A stretch of 64,000 bases of DNA, taken from a candidate division WWE3 bacterium. GTDB lineage: Bacteria; Patescibacteriota; WWE3; UBA101185; UBA10185. Shown in pieces: positions 29,358 to 38,086 of the stretch. The position numbers and the translations under genes were made by a program. The DNA lies in the NCBI GenBank assembly GCA_003599255.1, contig QZJF01000006.1, forward strand, positions 1,018 to 65,017, read 5' to 3'. Within the stretch, counting starts at the first letter, position 1, and each line of letters opens with the position of its first letter. Under the pieces are notes generated by a model. That model was not told the origin of the DNA. It searched no databases and worked only from the letters and a program-made list of their open reading frames with translations.

Positions 29358-29490
29358 TTGTCTTAATGTACTTTTAGTGGTAGACTGGCCCAGAACCCGC
29401 AGTAAACTTATGATAAAGACTGGGCACATTTGTGGTTACATCAAACGCGTTTTCCAGCAAACAGAATAATTAAGTTAATTTAATAAAGAT

Positions 29491-30408
29491 ATGCGTAGAA
29501 AGAAGTATATAAAATACCCATATGAATATTTTGCGGCTCAGATTGAATTTGGCGTCAGACTTGCCCAAATAAAAAAAATCAGCCGGAGACAGTCATTTCT
29601 TAAATATACTGATCTTTACGGTAGTCTTACTAATCACACATTTGCCGATAATAAAAAGAACAAATGGGTAAAAAAAGTTCTGGTTAAGTTTGAATATTTA
29701 ATTAAGAATGTAAAAGACATAGATAAACTTTGTATTGAAACATACAACCTATTTCTGGATACCCCATATGCCAGAATCTCCCCTGACTTGCCTAAGAAAA
29801 GCGATAAACTCAGATTCGGGTGTTTTAGATTAAATTATTCGGACTATTATAGATCAAGAAAGATAGTTAGACTTCATTTTTCACCCACTCGTGCCGGTCT
29901 GTCCCAAAAGAATCAGGAATTTAGGGCTTCGGATTTATCTTCCATTTATATAAATGACAGAAACAAGGAGTTTAGCGAAATGATTAACTACATATACAAT
30001 AACCCCGAAAAGTTTGAGGGAGCAACGCATTTTTTGAGTTCTACTTGGATGCAGAGTCTGCCGGTATATCAGTCTTTTTTCCCTGTGGAATCGGTTAATT
30101 ACAGAAAGCCTGTTGAAAACATTTATATGTGGCTCTGGGGACAATTTATGAAATGGGACCTATCCGGAAATACTAAAAGATATTTAGAATTCAAAGGCAA
30201 AGTTAGATCGGCGAAAATGGTTTCGACTGTGGTAGCAGCAATTCCCTTTAAAGTTTATGAAGTCTGCATACCATTGGAAGAAATGTTCAAAAAGTACGTG
30301 CCGGAATATGTTGATGTTCCAGTAGTTTCAGAAAATATCTCTATACCTGTACAATTTGATACCAGTCGTCCTTTACGATCACATACTGTTTATCAGTCAG
30401 AAGAATAA
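29491..30408 (+). CDS. Hypothetical basic protein with no recognisable family
   Basis: It is a 305-aa ORF preceded by an AT-rich region, and I recognise no motifs. Its 3' end overlaps the convergent peptidase E gene by about 68 nt. Confidence 0.4.
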   Translation: MRRKKYIKYPYEYFAAQIEFGVRLAQIKKISRRQSFLKYTDLYGSLTNHTFADNKKNKWVKKVLVKFEYLIKNVKDIDKLCIETYNLFLDTPYARISPDLPKKSDKLRFGCFRLNYSDYYRSRKIVRLHFSPTRAGLSQKNQEFRASDLSSIYINDRNKEFSEMINYIYNNPEKFEGATHFLSSTWMQSLPVYQSFFPVESVNYRKPVENIYMWLWGQFMKWDLSGNTKRYLEFKGKVRSAKMVSTVVAAIPFKVYEVCIPLEEMFKKYVPEYVDVPVVSENISIPVQFDTSRPLRSHTVYQSEE

Positions 30409-30967
30409 TCTTATTTTCAGTGTTATATGCACGTTCCATCCTGTGATGGAGGTAGAAATCCTTAGTTGACGGATTCCCCCAGTGAGGAAATGTTACAAAA
30501 TCAACTAGCCCCATTCCTTTGAAATCAGTTAGATCCGGTACTTTTGATAGGGCTTCTTCTCTGTGAGCGACCCATATATCCGGTCCTGCTACAAGTGATC
30601 CGGAGCTTTCTCCTATATATACTTTTCCAGAATTTACATGTTCCTGTGCAAGTAGCGCAAAATTTGTTCTCTGAATTTGATAAAGCAGAAAGAATGGATT
30701 GCCCCCCGCCACGAATAAAATGTCTATACCGGAAAGGTCTTTTCTGATTTCTGATTCACTTTTACCTGTTAATGTGTAGTTAAAAACATCAAAACCGAAT
30801 GATTCAAAAGTTGCTTCTTCCAGTTTTATCCATGAAGTATCGGTAGTTTCTGTTTCAGAGGCTGTAGTAATGTATGCCAAAGTTTGTCCTTTAGGGGAGC
30901 CTTCAAAGTGCCGTACAAGGTCAGGCTCGACCGATTTCATACTAGAAGTGAGGTATAAATGTTTCAT
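30341..30967 (-). CDS. S51 peptidase (peptidase E / cyanophycinase-like, class I glutamine amidotransferase fold)
   Basis: It has VAGGNPFFLL and the nucleophile context YIGESSGSLVAGPDI. It is about 208 aa. Confidence 0.65.
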   Translation of the reverse strand: MKHLYLTSSMKSVEPDLVRHFEGSPKGQTLAYITTASETETTDTSWIKLEEATFESFGFDVFNYTLTGKSESEIRKDLSGIDILFVAGGNPFFLLYQIQRTNFALLAQEHVNSGKVYIGESSGSLVAGPDIWVAHREEALSKVPDLTDFKGMGLVDFVTFPHWGNPSTKDFYLHHRMERAYNTENKIILLTDKQYVIVKDDWYQIVQV

Positions 30968-31040
30968 ACTGTTTTGTTTTGATAACTTACCTTTGATTCT
31001 ACAACAACTTTGGTTTTGTGAAAATTGCTATAATTCTATC

Positions 31041-31946
31041 GTGGGTAGAGTAAGCGTAATAATATGCGCATACAATGAAATAAAGTTTGTTGAGCAATGT
31101 CTATCAAATCTCCAAAAAATCAGAGACACGGAGTTGAACGATCTGAAAGTAATCGTTAAGGACAATGCATCTACGGACGGAACTGCTGAAGTAGTTGAAC
31201 AAAAGTTTCCATGGGTTAAATTGATCCGCGGGGAAAACAAAGGATTATCTTACGGTTATAACATTGGATATAAGGCATCAGATACGGAGTTTCTACTTTT
31301 CTTAGGAATGGACGCTTTTCCGGAAGCCGGTACTATACCGGGATTAATTGAATATTTTGATAAAAACGAGGAAGTGGGAGCCTCTACATGTAAGTTAGTA
31401 TTAAATGACGGCAGTCTTGACATGGATGCACACAGGGGTTTCCCTACACCGTGGATATCACTCACCCGCCTTTTGGGGCTGCATAAAATATTTCCTAATT
31501 CAGAAACATTTAACGGGTATTTTTTACCGGGAAGAAATATGAACGAGCCCCATGAAATTGACTTATGTATTTCTCACTTTATGTTTACCCGAAGAAAAGT
31601 CCTTGATCAGATAGATGGATTTGATGAGGATTTTTTCCTCTATGGTGAAGATGTGGATGTATGCTACAGAATTAAGAAAGCCGGATGGAAACTTATGTAT
31701 CTACCTCAGTTTACCGCAAAACACATGAAGGGGGGCTCGGTAGGTATAAGAAAAACTACCAGAGACATGGTAAAAAAGCCGTTACAGCATAGGTTAAAAA
31801 TGCAACGTTTGACATCGGAAGCGATGGCGTTATTTGTAAAGAAGCATTATATGGACAAATATCCCAAGCTATTCGTTTACTTAATGCTGATATCATCACG
31901 TTTACTCGGATACTTGCGTGTGTTTGTTGAATCTTTAAGAAGGTAA
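31041..31946 (+). CDS. Family 2 glycosyltransferase
   Basis: The GT2 N-terminus is VSVIICAYNE. The DxD region is FLGMDAF and EDVDV…, and the C-terminus has a TM. The start is placed at the GTG at 31041. The track ORF start at 30870 lies inside the upstream divergent gene. Confidence 0.7.
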   Translation: MGRVSVIICAYNEIKFVEQCLSNLQKIRDTELNDLKVIVKDNASTDGTAEVVEQKFPWVKLIRGENKGLSYGYNIGYKASDTEFLLFLGMDAFPEAGTIPGLIEYFDKNEEVGASTCKLVLNDGSLDMDAHRGFPTPWISLTRLLGLHKIFPNSETFNGYFLPGRNMNEPHEIDLCISHFMFTRRKVLDQIDGFDEDFFLYGEDVDVCYRIKKAGWKLMYLPQFTAKHMKGGSVGIRKTTRDMVKKPLQHRLKMQRLTSEAMALFVKKHYMDKYPKLFVYLMLISSRLLGYLRVFVESLRR

Positions 31947-31955
31947 TTAATAAAA

Positions 31956-31999
31956 GGCGGCCCCCATAAGCACAAGTAAATGTACTTGATTGGGGGCCG
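31956..31999. terminator. Strong stem-loop between convergent genes at the left boundary of the GC-rich island
   Basis: A 9-bp G/C stem, CGGCCCCCA / TGGGGGCCG, has an inner CAAGTA/TACTTG stem. Confidence 0.5.
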
Positions 32000-32004
32000 T
32001 TCTG

Positions 32005-32778
32005 TTAACCTAAGAGCGCAGTCAGAATTTCTTTTTGACCGCGATAGTCAACCTTTGTCGGAAGAGATGGCAATAAGGGTCTGTTGACAAGCAACTTTTC
32101 TGATCCCATCTCAATGTGCAGGGAATAACTTATATCTTCCCACGCGGTTCTTAAACACAAACTCCAGTCAAACAGTGGAGAAGCATGATAAAGATACATC
32201 CCACCGGGACCCAGACCTGTGGTTTGGTTTCTCCAGGCGAAGTCACTCTCGGAGTATGTAACGATGCGTTTTCTCCAGTTTTTACCCGGCAGATAGTTAA
32301 GTACTCCAAACAGCATGGGTCTCATAGCCACAGGCGGAAGTCCAATGTGCTCTTCATTCTTGTGGTATTTGAGATTAATTCCTCCGGATTCTGTCTTGTC
32401 TCTTGTCGCACGCGCAAAACAATAATCCTGCCATGTCTCCATGTTTTCGTAGCACAGTACTACTTCAAGCGCCCCTGATGTGTACTCGAACTGGAAGACA
32501 TAGATCGTGGTCGAAAGAACACGCATTCTTTGACGAATGTTTAAAGTGTTCCTCTCAATCTCCTTAACCCTGGAAGCCAACGCTGACTCTTTATTTGCCT
32601 CTCGGGTTAACACTGTTGAAAGTACCTGACTAATGTTTACATTGTGTTGTGCCAGGAACTTTCCACGAAATCTGGGAGTAATCTGAATTGTCGGTTCTTT
32701 GGTAAAGTCACCGACAACTAGCGTAGCAATTTGAAGCCCTCTGGCTTCTGTTGCGTTAAAAACAACGTCTCCACTCAT
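32005..32778 (-). CDS. Hypothetical protein (257 aa) inside the compositionally distinct island
   Basis: It is a long ORF with GC visibly higher than the surrounding genome. Its start abuts a promoter/palindrome region, and it has no recognisable motifs. Confidence 0.45.
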   Translation of the reverse strand: MSGDVVFNATEARGLQIATLVVGDFTKEPTIQITPRFRGKFLAQHNVNISQVLSTVLTREANKESALASRVKEIERNTLNIRQRMRVLSTTIYVFQFEYTSGALEVVLCYENMETWQDYCFARATRDKTESGGINLKYHKNEEHIGLPPVAMRPMLFGVLNYLPGKNWRKRIVTYSESDFAWRNQTTGLGPGGMYLYHASPLFDWSLCLRTAWEDISYSLHIEMGSEKLLVNRPLLPSLPTKVDYRGQKEILTALLG

Positions 32779-32802
32779 GATCCTCTCCTTATAGGAATTT
32801 TG

Positions 32803-32814
32803 GGGGCATGCCCC
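32803..32814. promoter_or_regulatory. Perfect 12-bp palindrome GGGGCATGCCCC in the divergent promoter region, a candidate operator
   Basis: It lies 25 nt upstream of the start of the minus-strand gene at 32778, and 148 nt upstream of the plus-strand start at 32962, which has a strong SD, AGGAAAAGGAG. Confidence 0.35.
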
Positions 32815-32961
32815 AGGATTTGGGTATTAATTGGCATTGTGCCTGTTGATAGCAGGATAGTATCATATAGGGCCTATAGTAGCAATATCACGGATATAAT
32901 GATATAATTCTGCCCGCAACTTGAAAATTCAATAATAAACCTAAGAAAGGAAAAGGAGTTC

Positions 32962-33327
32962 ATGATGTCCAAGAGACGCATAGTATTTACTGTGCTGTTG
33001 TTTGCACTTCTGGGATTCGCGTCCAGGTTCTTCGGCGTTATCGCCTTTATGTTCCTGCTCGCTTTCCCCGTGCTTTCGGGCATGTGGGCAAAGAGGCTCA
33101 CGGTCAACTTTGACCGCGCACATGAACCGGAACAGGACTTTTCCATGATCATTTACTTCGTTATGTGGGTGATCATCGGGCTGGTTCTGTACGCGGTTTA
33201 TCCCCTCTTGCTTACAACGCTCAACATAGCACCATTTCTGCGCTTTATGGTCTTTCTGGTTGGTTATGTGGCCGGGCTGTACCTGCCGCAAAAATCCATT
33301 CGGGTAAGGCCAAATTCGGGGAAATAA
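32962..33327 (+). CDS. Small 3-4 TM membrane protein
   Basis: 121 aa and hydrophobic, with good RBS spacing. It is first in a co-directional run of four tightly spaced genes. Confidence 0.45.
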   Translation: MMSKRRIVFTVLLFALLGFASRFFGVIAFMFLLAFPVLSGMWAKRLTVNFDRAHEPEQDFSMIIYFVMWVIIGLVLYAVYPLLLTTLNIAPFLRFMVFLVGYVAGLYLPQKSIRVRPNSGK

Positions 33328-33330
33328 CCG

Positions 33331-33672
33331 ATGAACAAGCGGAGTCTTTTCATCACGGCAGCTCTGTTGCTAATCCTCATGTCTATTGTTGCCTGTGTGG
33401 CATCCGTAGACGCTTCGGACCAGATGGCGCCGTCATCTGATACCCAAACCACCGAAAGCTCTGATGGTGAAGATTCTACCGATGGAGTGACTGTGTTTAT
33501 AGCAATCGTTTTGTGGATTGTTGTGACAGTCGTTCTCTTTTTGATAGATCCAACACTGGGGTATTTGTGGTTAAGGTTCAGTTTAAACGTCGTTTCGTTT
33601 GGTCTGACAAAGGGTGGCTCGAGCTCATCAAGATCAGGACGCGGCGGAGGAAGATCCGGTCGCGGAAACTAA
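33331..33672 (+). CDS. Small secreted/TM protein carrying a Ser/Gly-rich linker and the C-terminal tail SRSGRGGGRSGRGN
   Basis: 113 aa. It has a signal/TM, an acidic Ser/Thr region, a TM and then the RGG tail. The tail is identical to that of the downstream TPM protein. Confidence 0.5.
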   Translation: MNKRSLFITAALLLILMSIVACVASVDASDQMAPSSDTQTTESSDGEDSTDGVTVFIAIVLWIVVTVVLFLIDPTLGYLWLRFSLNVVSFGLTKGGSSSSRSGRGGGRSGRGN

Positions 33673-33689
33673 ACTAAGGAGGCAACAAG

Positions 33690-34544
33690 ATGAAGAAGCT
33701 TTTGCTGACTTTTGCTGTACTGGTTCTTTTGCTTGGTGTCGTAACAACGGCATTGGCGCAGAGCACCAGATGCGGAGACGGTAGTGCCCCAGACTATGGT
33801 TTCACTCACTCCCGCGACCAGGAACACTGGACCCGCGGTTGGGAAACCTATTTGTCAGGCAAAACCGTCACCGAGATCGACAAAGTGCTGGACGGGCTAT
33901 ACAACGGAAACATCGTCGAAACCGTTGTTTTGTTCATGCCTGCCAGCTCTGTAGGCAATCGGGTCAACTGTGCAGTCCATTACCTGAGATATATGGAAAT
34001 GGGAAGGCCCAGTGGACCCCGACAAGACAATGGTTATGCTTTATTGTTTGTCGTTGAGCCCGATGGTTCTCTGGATGTTCACTATGGAGTAGGTTTGGGA
34101 TTGCCTTCAATGACGGCTCCTCACCTCACCGAAATCAATCGCATGGCCGAACAAGCTTATGATGCGACCAAGTCATACGATGACGCGGTTTTGATAGCGG
34201 TGAATGAGCTGGATACCTATGCCCGTTCATTATATGAGCCTATCTCAGACAGCGAGTACGAGAAACTAATCAGCCCTGAAGAGAGATCCGAGTCAGCAGT
34301 ACAGGAACAAAGCCAGGAAAACCAAGGTATGTCCCCAGGGGCATGGTTGGTGGTACTAGTTCTGGTTTTTCTGGTGCTGCTTGTTGTTCTTGCTATATTT
34401 CTCGGAGGTAATTCGGGAGGTACTTACTCCTCTCCGGGCCCATCGAGATCGTCACCAAGTACACGTACAGGTTCGTCTTCTCCGACACGTTCTTCTCCCA
34501 GCCGGTCAGGCAGGGGAGGCGGAAGGTCAGGACGAGGCAACTAG
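33690..34544 (+). CDS. TPM-domain protein (TLP18.3/Psb32/MOLO-1 family, YgcG-like) with a C-terminal TM and a Gly/Arg-rich tail
   Basis: The gene is preceded by the RBS AAGGAGG. The TPM core is ETVVLFMPAS…YALLFVVEPDGSLDVHYGVGLG…DDAVLIAVNELD. It is followed by a TM and the tail SRSGRGGGRSGRGN. Confidence 0.75.
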   Translation: MKKLLLTFAVLVLLLGVVTTALAQSTRCGDGSAPDYGFTHSRDQEHWTRGWETYLSGKTVTEIDKVLDGLYNGNIVETVVLFMPASSVGNRVNCAVHYLRYMEMGRPSGPRQDNGYALLFVVEPDGSLDVHYGVGLGLPSMTAPHLTEINRMAEQAYDATKSYDDAVLIAVNELDTYARSLYEPISDSEYEKLISPEERSESAVQEQSQENQGMSPGAWLVVLVLVFLVLLVVLAIFLGGNSGGTYSSPGPSRSSPSTRTGSSSPTRSSPSRSGRGGGRSGRGN

Positions 34545-34585
34545 TCTGTCTCTATCAGATTCCAATATCACAGGAGTAAAAGGAA

Positions 34586-35275
34586 ATGAAAAACAAGAGA
34601 TCCTTGATGTTTGCCATGATTTTTATTCTCATGGCGTCTGCGTTTCTTCCTGCCTGCGCGGCCAAGAAAGTCGCCGTAGAAGGCTCGAAGGAATACAACG
34701 AGTTAATCGCGCTGTGGCAAGGAGCTCAGTACGGTGCGAGCAATTTCAACCTGGTGGTTGACACGCAATACGGCAAAATCCAGGCCACTACACAGCAGGC
34801 TAACTCGTATTATGAGTCTGTAATCACCAGCGGTGAAGTATGGACCGGGCAATTTCGTGAACAGGGCGAGGCCTTAGCGGATCTAATCCGGAACTACAAG
34901 GATGAAAATGGCCAGCCTTTAGATCCATCGCAGTTGAACCTGAATGACTTGCAGCAGCAAGGCGCTCTTCCCGATGGACTGGCCGCTGGTTTTGCATTGT
35001 ACGTCAACGCGATTCAGCAGGCTCCCCCTCCGGTTCCGGACTCTGCAGTGACTTTGTCTCTTATGGACACTACCAGCGAGGCAATGAACACGATTCAACT
35101 GGCAGGTACAGATTGGAACGATGCTGTACGCAAGTACAACACCCGCAGATCTCAAATCCGCGGCGAAGTTGTTGCGGCTGTGAGCAATTTCCTGGGTTAT
35201 CCCCTACCTGAAAGCCTCCCCTTTTATGCAGGTGGCAATCAGGGCCAGCCCGTCGAAAATCCTTTAGCTCCGTAA
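34586..35275 (+). CDS. LemA-family protein
   Basis: It has an N-terminal TM. The LemA C-terminal signature is WNDAVRKYNTRRSQIRGEVVAAVSNFLGYP. LemA and TPM are commonly co-encoded. Confidence 0.7.
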   Translation: MKNKRSLMFAMIFILMASAFLPACAAKKVAVEGSKEYNELIALWQGAQYGASNFNLVVDTQYGKIQATTQQANSYYESVITSGEVWTGQFREQGEALADLIRNYKDENGQPLDPSQLNLNDLQQQGALPDGLAAGFALYVNAIQQAPPPVPDSAVTLSLMDTTSEAMNTIQLAGTDWNDAVRKYNTRRSQIRGEVVAAVSNFLGYPLPESLPFYAGGNQGQPVENPLAP

Positions 35276-35314
35276 TTTGGGAGTTTAGAGGAAGGTTTAT
35301 TACAATTGAATATA

Positions 35315-35363
35315 ATCCCCCGCTTAGATGCTGTAATTTGGCACTTTCGGGGGATTTTTGTTT
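35315..35363 (+). terminator. Rho-independent terminator closing the island operon
   Basis: The stem is ATCCCCCG…CGGGGGAT, followed by TTTTTGTTT. Confidence 0.7.
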
Positions 35364-36183
35364 ATGCTAAAGGTAACTGGATATTTTTTGCCTGCTGTTT
35401 TCCTGACTTTAGTTCGTGTTTTTCGCGGGAATTGTAGTAGGCACAGTAGTCACATTGTTCACCGCTTTCGGGTATGTATTCCAAATCCAAACATTTTTTT
35501 ATATCCTCAATAGTATCCTCAACCCAATTTGTATTCCCTATGTAATCAATTAAGGTAATATCAAATTCAAGTTTAGCATCAAAAGCTTCCTTATCCGTAT
35601 TGCCGTTACAATAAACAAAGTAACCTGTGTCAGAAACCTTGTACCCGTTTTGTTTCAGAAGCCACTGATAAATTTCCATTTGTCTTTTGTACCCAATTTG
35701 CCAATCCTTATCTAACTCATTAATCTCCTCGTTTTTGCTTGTTGATTTATAGTCCACCACAATGTATTCATCATCAGAGTTTATCCATAGATCGTCGATT
35801 GCTCCGAATATTAAAAGATTTGTCGGTTTGTGCAGGTACTGGATACCTGTGAAATTATCCCGCCACAAATCAAGACTCTCGTGCGGTACCGGTTTAGCAT
35901 CAACGCCGTACTTTTCAATCAGCGGGTGTGGTTTTCCGCTTACACGGTGAGAATCGAACTCAAGTTTTAAGAGATGATCCACTGCACTGTTAAGTGCAAA
36001 TGGAAATCCAGGAGGTCTTCCTGTACCAAGCACTCTGTCAATATAGAAACATCTGGGACATTCCATAAACAAATCTATCTTTGACCTGCTCAATTTGAAA
36101 TACTGAGTGGAACTTTTGTCGTAACAATATTTATCTAATCTTTGTGATTTATAGTATTCAGACATGTTCTGATTATAACCCAT
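35362..36183 (-). CDS. Second Cas4-like PD-(D/E)XK Fe-S nuclease, orphan
   Basis: It has an N-terminal Cys in MECPRCFY, the nuclease motifs IFGAIDDLW and IVVDYKSTSK, QMEIYQW (QxxxY) and the C-terminal cluster CDYCAY. Confidence 0.65.
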   Translation of the reverse strand: MGYNQNMSEYYKSQRLDKYCYDKSSTQYFKLSRSKIDLFMECPRCFYIDRVLGTGRPPGFPFALNSAVDHLLKLEFDSHRVSGKPHPLIEKYGVDAKPVPHESLDLWRDNFTGIQYLHKPTNLLIFGAIDDLWINSDDEYIVVDYKSTSKNEEINELDKDWQIGYKRQMEIYQWLLKQNGYKVSDTGYFVYCNGNTDKEAFDAKLEFDITLIDYIGNTNWVEDTIEDIKKCLDLEYIPESGEQCDYCAYYNSREKHELKSGKQQAKNIQLPLA

Positions 36184-36209
36184 TTATCATTGGTATAATT
36201 AACTACAAT

Positions 36210-36695
36210 ATGTCTATGTCTGTTGAAAAAAGAAATAAATTAATAATATTAATTCTAAGGTTATTTATAGGTTGGTTCTTTTTCTATTCAGGTTTAACTA
36301 AAGTAACGACCTATTACACTGATCAACCGGATTGGTCAGCCGCTCAATTTTTGTCAGGTCAAAAAGGAATATTTTCCGATTATTTTCAGACACTGACCTC
36401 TAATAAATTAATTGATTATCTTAATGCTTATGGTCAGTTGGCTATTGGTTTGGGGGTCATTACCGGAACCCTACTTAGATTAGCAAGTTTCTGGGGAATC
36501 TTTTTAATGGGTATGTATTACATGGCAGGGTATCCGCCAAAGAACGCTCTTTTGATTGATACTCATGTTTTATATTCAGGAATATTTATTTTGCTCATGT
36601 CTTCGGGAGCCGGAAGATATTTTGGAGTCGACGGATTAGTGGAGAAAACTGAAATAGTGAAAAGAAACCGATGGTTGTTAAAGTTGCTCGGATAG
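36210..36695 (+). CDS. DoxX-family membrane protein
   Basis: It has LRLFIGWFFFYSGLTK… and 4 TM. The start is chosen at the ATG at 36210 to avoid overlapping the divergent gene. A TATAAT-like -10 lies at 36194-36199 immediately upstream, so the mRNA may be leaderless. Confidence 0.55.
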   Translation: MSMSVEKRNKLIILILRLFIGWFFFYSGLTKVTTYYTDQPDWSAAQFLSGQKGIFSDYFQTLTSNKLIDYLNAYGQLAIGLGVITGTLLRLASFWGIFLMGMYYMAGYPPKNALLIDTHVLYSGIFILLMSSGAGRYFGVDGLVEKTEIVKRNRWLLKLLG

Positions 36696-36700
36696 TCCGG

Positions 36701-37444
36701 TTACTCCGAAAGTTTTACATATATATCACCGGAAGGACTCATCTTTTGTTTGTTTATGACATGTGCCACTTTTGTGATGTCATTTGTCCACTCAGGCAAC
36801 TCTAATCTGTGGTATGGGTGAACAGATAAGTTAATTTTAAGGTTGCTTTGATTCTCAAGCAATTTCAGACAGGCAACAGTATCTTCTACTAACGAAGAAG
36901 TATACTCAAAAGATATTATTGGGATTATCGAATGAAGACCCTCAAATACGTATTTCTCGTAACCCTCTACGTCAATTTTGCAAAATGCAGGTACTCCATA
37001 CGCAGAGATAAGATCATCAATCGTTGTTATTTCAACGTCTATAGTTTTGTCCCAAGTTCTGTTGTTGAAAGGTCCCTCCTTCTTATATTTTTCGGAAAAA
37101 GTTGAAGTCGCGTGATTTTGAGACGAAACATAAAAAGGAAGTACGCCTTTAGAGTTGCCGACGCCCTTACCGATGACGGTTATGTTCTCGTTCCCCGCGA
37201 ATTTTTTGTTGATAATATCGAGACAGCGAGGCTGAGGTTCTAGGCATATTACTTGAGCTCCCAGTTCAAGAAAAACTTCTGCATAGTCGCCCATATTAGC
37301 TCCAATATCAAAAACCAGATCATCGGATTTAACAAACTGAGAGTAAAACTTTTTCAGATAAGGTTTTTCAATATGTGCCCGACCTCTTTCAAGTGTACTC
37401 CTAACAGTAACGGGAAGTTGTTGATATAAAACATCGGCTTTCAC
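36701..37444 (-). CDS. FkbM-family methyltransferase
   Basis: FDIGANMGDYAEVFLELGAQVICLEPQP is typical of the FkbM family. It is about 247 aa. Confidence 0.65.
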   Translation of the reverse strand: MKADVLYQQLPVTVRSTLERGRAHIEKPYLKKFYSQFVKSDDLVFDIGANMGDYAEVFLELGAQVICLEPQPRCLDIINKKFAGNENITVIGKGVGNSKGVLPFYVSSQNHATSTFSEKYKKEGPFNNRTWDKTIDVEITTIDDLISAYGVPAFCKIDVEGYEKYVFEGLHSIIPIISFEYTSSLVEDTVACLKLLENQSNLKINLSVHPYHRLELPEWTNDITKVAHVINKQKMSPSGDIYVKLSE

Positions 37445-37471
37445 TCCACAATTGTATCAGGAAGACCACTG

Positions 37472-38086
37472 TTACTTAATCAACTTTTCAAGGGCGTATT
37501 TATTGAACCCTACTACAAATTCCGAATCCATGTCTTCATATTCCAATTCAGTGACTGGCACTCCCATCTGCCCTGTTTTATTTACAAGATACTGAGCTTT
37601 TTCCTGATCGCGATCCACGTATATTAATTCATACTCAATCTTGTTGTCTTCCAGCCACTTCTGTTCCATTTTGCAATAAGGGCAGGTAGTTGTGGAATAC
37701 AGCTTTATGCTGGTGGGTTTCAACTCGCCGACACCGGCTGCCGAATTAATCAACTCCCTGATCTTTTCCTCCGCCTCTACGGACAATTTTAGTATCTGTT
37801 CGTTCTGACTAACCCCGCCCAACACCGCAGGATTACCCGCACCTACAAATATATCGCTATTCAATTGTGTAACCAGAACCGAACAAGGTAAAAGGCCGAT
37901 AAGCTGTTTATCTTCTTTAACAATTGTTTCCAGCCAGCTTTTTGAACAGATCTGAACTATGTGAGTATTATCGTTTAGCTCACTTTCACTCAAAACCTTA
38001 AAACCCATCCTTTCAGCATGATTGGTAATATTCTTTATGGTATCTTCTTTGGAAAAAGTACTTTTCCTGAAATATGCGAGATTCAT
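37472..38086 (-). CDS. DUF302-domain protein fused to a C-terminal glutaredoxin (CPYC)
   Basis: The N-terminal approximately 120 aa are DUF302-like. The C-terminus has the TTTCPYCK active site and a Grx fold (…GQMGVPVTEL). It overlaps the upstream arsR by 4 nt (ATGA). Confidence 0.6.
   Translation of the reverse strand: MNLAYFRKSTFSKEDTIKNITNHAERMGFKVLSESELNDNTHIVQICSKSWLETIVKEDKQLIGLLPCSVLVTQLNSDIFVGAGNPAVLGGVSQNEQILKLSVEAEEKIRELINSAAGVGELKPTSIKLYSTTTCPYCKMEQKWLEDNKIEYELIYVDRDQEKAQYLVNKTGQMGVPVTELEYEDMDSEFVVGFNKYALEKLIK

Noticed and set aside
29358-29490. Possible small RNA/riboswitch in the 130-nt region between the cyclophilin and the unknown basic protein
   Set aside because: It has only weak imperfect repeats (AGACTGGC / AGACTGGGC), with no convincing stem architecture or terminator. 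The evidence is insufficient.
30870-31040. Upstream extension of the GT2 ORF given by the track
   Set aside because: The extension overlaps the divergent peptidase E coding region. The conserved GT2 N-terminus (VSVIICAYNE) begins right after the GTG at 31041.
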